A DNA stretch of 64,000 bases, taken from the NCBI GenBank assembly GCA_039818205.1, contig JBCBUK010000008.1, positions 64,001-128,000 on the forward strand, in the 5' to 3' direction. The translations under genes were made by a program, and so were the position numbers. Shown here piece by piece: positions 40,330 to 48,515 of this stretch. Origin of the DNA: Verrucomicrobiota bacterium (GTDB lineage Bacteria; Verrucomicrobiota; Verrucomicrobiia; Opitutales; Cerasicoccaceae). The number at the start of each line of letters is the position of its first letter. Position 1 is the first letter of the stretch. The notes beneath the pieces were generated by a model. That model was not told where the DNA came from and did no database searches. It was given only the letters and a program-made list of their open reading frames with translations.

Positions 40330-40668
40330 CTAAAGGACGACCTCACCGCTTTCGGCGGTTCGGATTCGCGTTGCCGAATCCAACGGTAAAACAAAAATCT
40401 TTCCGTCGCCAATTTTCCCGGTTTTAGCGGAGTCAGACAGTGTCTCGATGGCCTTCTCAACTTTGTCGTCAGCCACCGCGATATAAAGGATGAGTTTGGG
40501 AAGGAAATCTACGCGGTATTCGCTTCCTCGGTAAATCTCGGTGTGCCCTTTTTGCCGGCCAAATCCTTTTACCTCAGCCAGTGTCAGCCCTTCGATACCT
40601 GATTTCTGGAGTGCAGTTTTAACGTCATCCAAACGGAAAGGTTTTATGATAGCTGTGACCAATTTCAT
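40330..40668 (-). CDS. glnK: PII nitrogen regulatory protein (Amt-linked, GlnK-type)
   Basis: AIIKPFRL, VKGFGRQKGHTEIYRGSEY (Tyr51 conserved), TGKIGDGKIF, RIRT. Confidence 0.93.
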   Translation of the reverse strand: MKLVTAIIKPFRLDDVKTALQKSGIEGLTLAEVKGFGRQKGHTEIYRGSEYRVDFLPKLILYIAVADDKVEKAIETLSDSAKTGKIGDGKIFVLPLDSATRIRTAESGEVVL

Positions 40669-40681
40669 GCGTTTGTTTTTT

Positions 40682-40713
40682 TGAGCGACGAGGGGGTTGG
40701 CCCTCGTCGCTCA
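40682..40713. other. Strong stem-loop in the amt-PII intercistronic region
   Basis: TGAGCGACGAGGG-GGTTGG-CCCTCGTCGCTCA, perfect 13-bp stem. Confidence 0.75.
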
Positions 40714-40800
40714 GTTTTTCCCGATTATAGTAGCAGTAATGGCATTATGCAGTGTGTGGTAGCAGTGTTGTTATACTGAAATGTTTGGGTGTGGTTAGCC

Positions 40801-42267
40801 TTACATCGGCTCGTCAGCATATTGCTGGAAGTCTGCGTAGGCTTCGTTTCCGTGTTCTCCAATATCCAACCCTTCGAGTTCCTCTTCGACACTGACTCGC
40901 AGACCAATGGTTTTGTTGATGGCCGAGAACATGACGTAACCAGCGATGAATGTGAATCCGAACACAGCTGCTACTCCAGCGAACTGTATGCCAAATTGGG
41001 CGAGTCCACCGCCATAGAACAGTCCATTGCGAATTGCGCCATCGGCACCCCAGATTGCGGTGTCAATCGCAGCGCTACCAAAAAGACCAACCGACAGCGT
41101 CCCCCAGGCACCACAGACACCATGGACGGAGACGGCACCGACCGGGTCGTCGATCTTAAGGTTGCGCTCAATAAACAAGACTGAGAACACAACAACGACT
41201 CCGCCGATTAATCCGATTGCGACCGCTGAAAGTGGGGAAACACTCGCGCAAGGCGCCGTGATGGAGACCAAACCGGCCAAACAGCCGTTGATTGTCATCG
41301 ATAAGTCCGGCTTGCCGAATTTGATCCAAGTAGTCGTTGCGGCACCGATCGTTCCGGCTGCAGCCGCTAGAAGCGTCGTCATGGCCACATAGGCTAATCC
41401 ATCAACAGCCGCTAGGGTCGAACCGGCGTTAAATCCGAACCATCCAAAAAAGAGAATAAAACCACCAAGGGTTGCCATCGGCAAATTGTGGCCTGGAATT
41501 GGAAGCGGTCTCCCCTCCTTGTCGTATTTCCCACTTCGGGCACCAAGGATGATCGCGCCCGCCAAACCGGCCCAGGCTCCAACCGAGTGAACAACCGTCG
41601 AGCCCGCGAAGTCGCGCATGCCCATACCACCGAGCCAGCCATCGCCACTCCAGATCCAGTGTCCTGTAATTGGGTAAAGTAAACCGGTGATGATAACCGA
41701 ATAGACGACATAACCGGCAAACTTCGTTCTTTCAGCCATGGCTCCCGAAGCAATGGTCGCCGCAGTAGCCGCGAACACCACCTGGAACACCCATCCAGCC
41801 GCCTCAAGTGATGCCCCTGAAATGTTTTCCGGCGAGACGATTGCTGCCTCCATGAAAAAGTAATCAGCCGACCAACCGATGAAACCGCTTCCGCTTCCAT
41901 ACATCAGCGAGTAACCAACGGCTAGAAACGCAATTGCGCCGAAACCGAAGTCGAGCATGTTCTTCATCATGATGTTACATGCGTTCTTGGCGCGTGTTAG
42001 ACCGGACTCGACCATGGCGAAACCTGCCTGCATGAAGAAGACCAATACGGCCGCCAAGATGAGCCAGAGAATGTCAGCGGTAACCTGCGGAAGCATCGCG
42101 ACCGGCTCTTCAGCGGCTTCAATCACCGCTTCAACTTCTGCAATCTCAGCCACAACATCCGATTGTGCCGAGGCGGTTGAAAATAATAACGAAGATAACC
42201 CCAAGCCCGCTACGAGCAGGAAATATCTCCAAGAATGGTATTTCATCATGTTTGTCATCTTTTGCAT
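40801..42267 (-). CDS. amtB: Ammonium transporter (Amt family)
   Basis: FFMQAGFAMVESG, FQVVFAATAATI.SGA.AER, DFAGSTVVH, GWFGFN, DDPVGAVSVHG (twin His); start could be 42249. Confidence 0.96.
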   Translation of the reverse strand: MQKMTNMMKYHSWRYFLLVAGLGLSSLLFSTASAQSDVVAEIAEVEAVIEAAEEPVAMLPQVTADILWLILAAVLVFFMQAGFAMVESGLTRAKNACNIMMKNMLDFGFGAIAFLAVGYSLMYGSGSGFIGWSADYFFMEAAIVSPENISGASLEAAGWVFQVVFAATAATIASGAMAERTKFAGYVVYSVIITGLLYPITGHWIWSGDGWLGGMGMRDFAGSTVVHSVGAWAGLAGAIILGARSGKYDKEGRPLPIPGHNLPMATLGGFILFFGWFGFNAGSTLAAVDGLAYVAMTTLLAAAAGTIGAATTTWIKFGKPDLSMTINGCLAGLVSITAPCASVSPLSAVAIGLIGGVVVVFSVLFIERNLKIDDPVGAVSVHGVCGAWGTLSVGLFGSAAIDTAIWGADGAIRNGLFYGGGLAQFGIQFAGVAAVFGFTFIAGYVMFSAINKTIGLRVSVEEELEGLDIGEHGNEAYADFQQYADEPM

Positions 42268-42281
42268 TCAGTTAGATTGAG

Positions 42282-43538
42282 TTACTTGTTGGGCAGCAGA
42301 TTCTCATCAGCTACCGATTCCAGTAAATGCAACGCGGCCAAATCATTGTGTAGCAAGGATTGGACCTGATGCAGCGATAAAGAGCGATAAGGGCAGCTTG
42401 AGATGGCGCTGCGCATCACTGTGATCAGCTGCTCGTAGTTCCCCTTCCAGATGTACTTGGAAAGGAATTCGAGAGCTGCATCCTCCACTTCCCTCGCCCG
42501 GACGAATGAGTGTAAAGTCGTTAGGTCGTAAAGAATTTTTCGAATAATGAGCGGGATGTCGGAGCGACGCTCGCGCAACGGCGCAATTTTCAATCGGCCT
42601 TCGCAAAGATCACCCAGTTGCGTGCGAAACTTTTCAACCGCTGGGGTCGCCAAATCTGAGTTCGTAATACTTCCGAAGACCAAGCGTATACTCCGCTTTT
42701 TGCTTTGCCGGTTATTACTAACAAACTGTAGCAACTCATTCTTTTTTGCCTCCGGTAATGCCTCAATGTGAGGGATGAAGACAAGCCGGGGCGCGCTATC
42801 GCTCAAACGCGCGTGCGTGTTGAGTGACTCCAAGGCCTCAATCGAGATTTCGTGCTCGTGCAAAACCGCCGGGTACACATCGGCTGAACCGGAGGCTTGG
42901 TTCAGCTCGCGAACCACCAATTCAAATTCAGAACCATCTTCGCCACTTACCAAGATGGCCGTCTCGAAGTTGCGCTGCATCCAGAGTTCGGCAAGAAAGC
43001 GACGTGAGACTGCGCTCTTGCAGACCAAGAAGCTCGGGCTGTAGGAAACTGACTGCAATGAAGCGCCAAACTCCGTCGGAGTCTGGGTCGGTTCGGCAAC
43101 CTCACCGGGGCTAGCCTGGCCTGCGTTTCGGGGGCCACCGGCAGCGGACGCAATCGTTGGTCTTATCTTTGAAGCGGCCGTGCTGCACAGCCCTTCGATC
43201 TTCGTCATCAATTTTGCCGGCTTAAACGGCCGATAAATGATATCCGAAACACCAAGCTGAGCACGCGGTGGCGTGTGCGCCGCCTCAGCCTCATCACTCA
43301 GCAAGACGACGTGCGTGTTTGGACAGCTTTTTGAAAGTTTGTAGACAAACTCAAGACCGCTAATTCCCGGCAGGTCTCGATCGACAATCGCGACCGGGAA
43401 GTGGTTCTGGCTTGCCTGCTTCATCGCCTCGTGCGGGTCATTGATCGCGACAACGCGTTTCCCCAGCTCCCGAAGCATTAGTGAGAGTTGGCCGCGAGAT
43501 CGCCCGTCGGGCAGAATCAATAAAAGTGCATCATTCAT
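42282..43538 (-). CDS. Atypical response regulator: receiver plus degenerate sigma54-activator AAA+ domain, no HTH
   Basis: VAIVDRDLPGISG receiver; GEDGSEFELVVREL, APLRERRSDIPLI and YIWKGNYEQL align to NtrC-family AAA+ elements, but Walker A/B and GAFTGA are missing. Confidence 0.8.
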   Translation of the reverse strand: MNDALLLILPDGRSRGQLSLMLRELGKRVVAINDPHEAMKQASQNHFPVAIVDRDLPGISGLEFVYKLSKSCPNTHVVLLSDEAEAAHTPPRAQLGVSDIIYRPFKPAKLMTKIEGLCSTAASKIRPTIASAAGGPRNAGQASPGEVAEPTQTPTEFGASLQSVSYSPSFLVCKSAVSRRFLAELWMQRNFETAILVSGEDGSEFELVVRELNQASGSADVYPAVLHEHEISIEALESLNTHARLSDSAPRLVFIPHIEALPEAKKNELLQFVSNNRQSKKRSIRLVFGSITNSDLATPAVEKFRTQLGDLCEGRLKIAPLRERRSDIPLIIRKILYDLTTLHSFVRAREVEDAALEFLSKYIWKGNYEQLITVMRSAISSCPYRSLSLHQVQSLLHNDLAALHLLESVADENLLPNK

Positions 43539-43601
43539 GGCAACGGTGTATGGTATTTTCCGTTGCGGCTAATTGAATCCTCATCAGATGAGAATGGAAT
43601 T

Positions 43602-44144
43602 CTAGTAATTCGAGCCGCGGTAAGAACGTTTTGGACGGGGGCGAACAGCGCGCTTGCGAGCTGCGGGTTCTGTTTCCGCTTCTTCCTGGGCCGGTTCGGC
43701 AGGGGCTGCCGGTTGTGGGCTTGGTTCCTGCACGGGTGTGGCTGCGGGTGGTGGATTGCCCGGAGGAGTCAGTGGCTTCGAAGCGATTGGCTTCGGAGCT
43801 GAACCAAGTTTCGATGGCTTTATGTGCTTCAAAGCCAAATTTGACACCATCTTTAGCGAGACTCGATTAACGGTCGACAAAGCCAATACCAACAAAAATA
43901 CGCCGTTAGATCGGCGGAGGAAAATCCATCGCTCGCTGTATTTGAGAAGATAGTCGTCACAGGGGACGAAGTTTTCGTCCACGGTTTCGTAAAGTGACAG
44001 TGCACGGCGCGAAAGATCGTCGAACAACTCTTCGACGAAAAATGATGGCAATTCGTTGACGATTAGCCTGCCCTCTTGGTCGAAGACACAGACGCCTTCA
44101 ACCCCTGGAACATCGAGTATATTCTTAACAAACTTGTCGCTCAT
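43602..44144 (-). CDS. Roadblock/LC7 (MglB-like) domain protein with Pro-rich linker and basic C-terminal tail
   Basis: LDVPGVEGVCVFDQEGRLIV roadblock opening; WIFLRR..GVFLLVLA..VN...L beta/alpha pattern. Confidence 0.75.
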   Translation of the reverse strand: MSDKFVKNILDVPGVEGVCVFDQEGRLIVNELPSFFVEELFDDLSRRALSLYETVDENFVPCDDYLLKYSERWIFLRRSNGVFLLVLALSTVNRVSLKMVSNLALKHIKPSKLGSAPKPIASKPLTPPGNPPPAATPVQEPSPQPAAPAEPAQEEAETEPAARKRAVRPRPKRSYRGSNY

Positions 44145-44182
44145 CTTGTGGGTTTCGTTAAATTGGAGAATTTGCGTTCAAG

Positions 44183-44497
44183 TTAACCTTCTAGGATGCT
44201 CGGCAATATCTCAGAGATATTTGCTTTGCTTTCAAAGAGGACGCCTAAGTCGCTTCCTCCACGTGGGACACAGACAGCAGTCATATGCTTGCCGATGAAG
44301 TGCCCTTCTTCGAGACCATCGAGGCCAAATGATTCCCCGATGAGGTCGGAAATTTGATGCATAAAGACCAGAACCTGGCCTAAAGCTTCTGCATCATCCC
44401 CCTCCGAATGGAGGATGTTTCCAGCCTCGTCACATTCGATCATTCCCAGAAGTCCTGGGAATTGCGGGGTGCCTAGTGCGTCTTCAGTAAATCCCAT
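44183..44497 (-). CDS. Roadblock/LC7 (MglB-like) domain protein
   Basis: 104 aa; PGLLGMIECDEAGNILHS, IGESFGLDGLEE, LGVLFESKANI pattern; AAGGTGA RBS. Confidence 0.72.
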   Translation of the reverse strand: MGFTEDALGTPQFPGLLGMIECDEAGNILHSEGDDAEALGQVLVFMHQISDLIGESFGLDGLEEGHFIGKHMTAVCVPRGGSDLGVLFESKANISEILPSILEG

Positions 44498-44519
44498 AAA
44501 TCACCTTTCGAACTAAAAC

Positions 44520-44535
44520 AGCACGTGTAGTGCCA
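44520..44535 (-). promoter_or_regulatory. Sigma54 -24/-12 promoter upstream of the roadblock operon
   Basis: Minus strand TGGCACTACACGTGCT vs consensus TGGCAC-N5-TTGCW; exact GG-N10-GC spacing, 22 bp upstream of the start codon. Confidence 0.75.
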
Positions 44536-44581
44536 TTACGCCCTGAAAGGGATTTTTTTTACTGATTTTTCAAGTATAGGG

Positions 44582-45583
44582 TTAAAGCTTCAATTTCCCA
44601 AATACCATCTTCCCACCAGCCGAAGGCAGGACGCTAGTCACTTCAACTCTGGTATCCTGTCCGATCATATGTACGGCTTCATTGACAACGACCATAGAGC
44701 CATCACCGAGATAGCCCACTGCTTGGCCTTGCTCCTTACCTTCCTTCACTAAAGCGATTCGGATAATTTCACCAATTTCTACCTGCGGATTCAACGCCTT
44801 CCCCAAAGCGGTAATATTTAACCAATCAATTCCTTGAAATTCGGCTAAACGCGCCAAATTGAAATCCGTGGTCAATAATTTGCCTTTCAAAGACTCGGCG
44901 ACAAAAATGAGCTTTGCGTCAACCTGCTGACCACGGCCGACCTCGCTTTCATGTATCGTTACATGAATATCGGGTATCGTATTGAGCTCATTCAGGACCT
45001 CCAAACCCTTTCTGCCCTTGGCTTGGCGAGTTGGATCAGAAGAATCAGCAATTTGTTGGAGCTCATCTAATACGAAGCGAGGAACAATCAATTCAGCCTG
45101 CAAAAAACGGCTTTGGCAGATACCAATAATTCGGCCATCGATCAGAGCGCTAGTATCCACGACAACGACTGCAGAATCGACCTTTTGCGGAACGAATCTT
45201 ACATAAGGAATAACCAAATTGAACTCATCTCGACCACGAAGCGCGACCACGGCACCAAGATACATGCACACGACAAAAAGAGTGAGCCGCACTAAATAAA
45301 TAACCTGGACGTCTCCCGTTTCGAGGAGTGGTGAGGTTGAAATCAGGAATGCAATCAAAGCACCCATTCCAAGACCAAAGGTCAATGCAGTGAGGCCTCT
45401 GAGGGAAAAACCCTTGAGGAATATATCTACCAGAATCGTCAGCAACCCCATCAGTATACCGATGGTCAAGTAGACTCCGAGGCGCTCCGTGCCCTCATAT
45501 CCCGCTGCGTACCAGAGCAGGAATGCGCCAATGACGCTGAGAATCAGAAACAGTATGCGTAGGACTGTGAGGGTTTTATTCAA
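44582..45583 (-). CDS. Membrane PIN/TRAM domain protein (YacL-like)
   Basis: Four TMs, VDTSALIDGRI, ELQQIADS, VDAKL, TTDFNL, GKEQGQAVGYLGDGSMVVV. Confidence 0.92.
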   Translation of the reverse strand: MNKTLTVLRILFLILSVIGAFLLWYAAGYEGTERLGVYLTIGILMGLLTILVDIFLKGFSLRGLTALTFGLGMGALIAFLISTSPLLETGDVQVIYLVRLTLFVVCMYLGAVVALRGRDEFNLVIPYVRFVPQKVDSAVVVVDTSALIDGRIIGICQSRFLQAELIVPRFVLDELQQIADSSDPTRQAKGRKGLEVLNELNTIPDIHVTIHESEVGRGQQVDAKLIFVAESLKGKLLTTDFNLARLAEFQGIDWLNITALGKALNPQVEIGEIIRIALVKEGKEQGQAVGYLGDGSMVVVNEAVHMIGQDTRVEVTSVLPSAGGKMVFGKLKL

Positions 45584-45677
45584 AGTGGGAAAATTCTCAC
45601 GCAGGAGATCAATTTAGTTTCGGTTCACACTGCCCATCAATAATAAACGACTTATATGACCGGGCATTGACAAAAAT

Positions 45678-45821
45678 CTATCGAGCTAGAAAGTAAACAA
45701 TCAAGGGAGCGAGGATGAACAGGGCCATGACTCCATAAATGATCCAGATAGCTCGTTCGGCCTTGGCTTGTTCCTCAGCGGTAGGCTCCGGTTGCTCAGG
45801 AGGTGAATCGTCAGTTTTCAT
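45678..45821 (-). CDS. Small single-pass membrane protein (47 aa)
   Basis: Hand-translated: MKTDDSPPEQPEPTAEEQAKAERAIWIIYGVMALFILAPLIVYFLAR; start overlaps the end of the upstream gene; shorter than any ORF in the track. Confidence 0.65.
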   Translation of the reverse strand: MKTDDSPPEQPEPTAEEQAKAERAIWIIYGVMALFILAPLIVYFLAR

Positions 45822-47550
45822 TAGTTATTTGGACTACGATGCGGAACCCGGCTGATCTATTCCGAGTTCGCCGGTTAATTATCTGCATAGGCACATTGGC
45901 CATTTCGTCGATTGAAGTCTCAATGGAACCACCAGCCAGATAGCCCTCACCCTCACCAAGTGATTGACTAAACAGCCACTCAGCAACGTTGCCCAGCAAA
46001 TCGTGGTAGCCTTGGTTATTTGGTTCCTTCGTCGCGACATCGTGAGTCACGCCATCGCTATTCTCCAAATTCCAGGATGCCTTCCTTAGATCGACATAGC
46101 GTAGGCTGCCCAAGGCAGCGTAGTATTCGTCCTGGGTTGGCAGGCGACAGGGGCGTCCAAGAATCCAGGAAATGCGTTCGGCAAAAGCCGTTGCATCATC
46201 CCATGTTCCGGATTCAACGGGAAGAAGTTCACCTTTGCGGCGGCTGGGATTAGCATTGAGCATCACGCTCATGTAGAGCGCCTGGGACACTTCAGTACGC
46301 AACATCCGCCAGTCTTCGACACCGTCAATATAGAGCAGCTGGCCATAAATTCGATCCTGCAGGAAGCTGAGGTCATCTTCGATTGCAGAAAGGTATTGGA
46401 GCTTTAATAACGCATTCTCACCCAAAATTGTGCTGCGCGGAAACTGTTCGGTAAATTGCTGAACCTTCGGATAAAGGGTCCTAAGGATCTCAACTGCCTG
46501 CCAAATCGTCCTTCCCTCAAGGGCTTCATCCAATCTGGCCATATCTGTGATAATCTCTTCACCGAGCTCGCGGCTGAGGGCATTCTCTCGAAGATTTTGC
46601 AACTCTTCCACCAGCCGTGCCCCAGCGAATCGACTGTCCGGAAACTCATCGTTGAGTTTTCGCTGCAGACGGTAGGCGTTCTGGTATGCTTCTGCGGCAA
46701 TGTCAAAATCGCCCGTCTTTTCAGCATCTGAAGCAGTTTTACGTAAATTGACGATCTGTTCGTAAATGTCACTGGATTCCAAGCTCGCGAGCTTCTCCTG
46801 AAGGCCTGACAGTCGACGAATATCGGCAAACTGAAGACTGCGAAATTCCATATTCAGTTCCTTCTGGAGCGAAATCGATTCTCGGAGAAGCAGTTTCGCC
46901 CGTCCAAATTTCTCTTCGTCCACCGCTGCGTCGGCCTCTCCTTCGAGTTTAACCGATTCCTCGTATAGCGGCTTTGCCGTCAAAAACTGAACCTCACGGC
47001 TAAGACGGGTGTAGCGGCGAGGATCCGACAGGCTCGAAAGGCTGAAGTTTTCATTGATTCTTCGCTGCAAGAACAATGCGCGCTCAAGCGTTTTCAGGCC
47101 TTCTTCGGCCTTGCCCTCTTCAACCAGGCGGCGGGATTCGTTCTCCAATTGGAGGCTCTCCTCGTAAATCTCTCGAGCTTTGTATTCGTCGAGCACTTCA
47201 AGTAATTCTTCCAGGCGCACGCGAGATGGCTCGTGGAACCCGCCCCGCATCTCTAAATACTTTCGCTGGCCGTCAATCGCGGCTTTGAGCAGGGCGAAAT
47301 CATCGGCGGTTGGCGGGCGTTGTTCGGCCCGAGTCCGGAAGGTTTCTTCGTCCTTTTCGCTCTGAGCTAAAACGTCGTTGGCGGTCGCCTCGTCAAACTC
47401 ATAGTTGATTTGAGTCGGGTCTACCTTTTTGGGGCCAAGTTTGCTCAAGTAGAATGAACCGGTTAGGAGTACGGCCGCAAGGCACACTACCCCAAAAACT
47501 TTGAAGGGTATCCGGTAACGATAAAAGAATCCGTGGTCTTCTCTGCGCAT
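45811..47550 (-). CDS. Membrane-anchored protein with helical tandem repeats and C-terminal FGE/SUMF1-type domain
   Basis: TEVSQALY, NPS...LPVE..W, RLPT..E, PNNQGYHDLLGNVAEW, GFRIV. Confidence 0.85.
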   Translation of the reverse strand: MRREDHGFFYRYRIPFKVFGVVCLAAVLLTGSFYLSKLGPKKVDPTQINYEFDEATANDVLAQSEKDEETFRTRAEQRPPTADDFALLKAAIDGQRKYLEMRGGFHEPSRVRLEELLEVLDEYKAREIYEESLQLENESRRLVEEGKAEEGLKTLERALFLQRRINENFSLSSLSDPRRYTRLSREVQFLTAKPLYEESVKLEGEADAAVDEEKFGRAKLLLRESISLQKELNMEFRSLQFADIRRLSGLQEKLASLESSDIYEQIVNLRKTASDAEKTGDFDIAAEAYQNAYRLQRKLNDEFPDSRFAGARLVEELQNLRENALSRELGEEIITDMARLDEALEGRTIWQAVEILRTLYPKVQQFTEQFPRSTILGENALLKLQYLSAIEDDLSFLQDRIYGQLLYIDGVEDWRMLRTEVSQALYMSVMLNANPSRRKGELLPVESGTWDDATAFAERISWILGRPCRLPTQDEYYAALGSLRYVDLRKASWNLENSDGVTHDVATKEPNNQGYHDLLGNVAEWLFSQSLGEGEGYLAGGSIETSIDEMANVPMQIINRRTRNRSAGFRIVVQITNEN

Positions 47551-47660
47551 GAAAAACCTTCATCAATGCGTGGTAAATTCGAATTGGCCAGCCTATTTCG
47601 GTTTGGATGACGGTGAATTCGAGCTCGCTTTTGCGCATTCCTCCGAAATGCTCAGAAATC

Positions 47661-48515
47661 ATGTTTCGCCAAGCGACAATACTCGCCCCGGGATTGCTGG
47701 GCGCCTCACTGTTAATGGCCCTGAAAGAACGAAGCCTGGCCCAGAAAACGGTTGCCTGGGCACGCCGTCCTGAAACCCGCCTTGAATGCGAAAAACAGGC
47801 CTGGTGTGATGCCGTCTATCCTACGGCTGGTGAAGCAGTAGCCGACGCTGACCTCGTCGTCCTTTGTCCACCGGTTGAGTTTATCGCCCCACTGCTCAAA
47901 GATATCGCACCGCACCTCCCCAAAGGGGCTTTGGTTACCGATGTCGGCAGTACTAAGAGCCTGATCTGTCGGGAGGCGCGCGGCATTGCGGAAGCAGATT
48001 GGCGCTTTGTGGGCTCCCATCCGATGACCGGTTCGGAGAAATCTGGCCTCAAGTATGGTCGCGCAGATTTATTTGAGAATCGAGCCTGCTTCGTTACCCC
48101 CATGATAGACACGAACGATGCGGCGACTGAGCGTACCGTGCGCCTTTGGTCGGAATTGGGTATGGAGGTAACGACGATCTCACCCGAGAAGCACGACGAA
48201 ATCGTGGCTCACATTAGCCACCTTCCACATATGCTGGCTTCGACTCTATGCAGCTATCTGGCGACGCAGAACGAGAACTGGCGCAATTTCTCCGGTGGTG
48301 GCCTGCGTGATACAACTCGCATTGCCTCGGGCGACCCGACCATGTGGAAATCAATCGCTCGCCACAATCGCGAGGAGATCATTCGCGCTTTGGATGGCTT
48401 TGACCGCGAGCTACAGCGCCTGCGCAGCGCGCTCTACAACGAGCAGATTTACGAAGTGATGAACCTTCTCGAGCGTGGCAAAGCCTACCGGGACCGTTTG
48501 CGCATCAAAGACTAG
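47661..48515 (+). CDS. tyrA: Prephenate/arogenate dehydrogenase
   Basis: GLLGAS, VTDVGSTK, FVGSHPMTGSEKSG, HDEIVAHISHLPH, GGGLRDTTRIA; start ATG 47661. Confidence 0.93.
   Translation: MFRQATILAPGLLGASLLMALKERSLAQKTVAWARRPETRLECEKQAWCDAVYPTAGEAVADADLVVLCPPVEFIAPLLKDIAPHLPKGALVTDVGSTKSLICREARGIAEADWRFVGSHPMTGSEKSGLKYGRADLFENRACFVTPMIDTNDAATERTVRLWSELGMEVTTISPEKHDEIVAHISHLPHMLASTLCSYLATQNENWRNFSGGGLRDTTRIASGDPTMWKSIARHNREEIIRALDGFDRELQRLRSALYNEQIYEVMNLLERGKAYRDRLRIKD

Noticed and set aside
45811..46300. FGE/C-lectin domain as a diversity-generating retroelement target
   Set aside because: No reverse transcriptase and no template repeat seen in the window.
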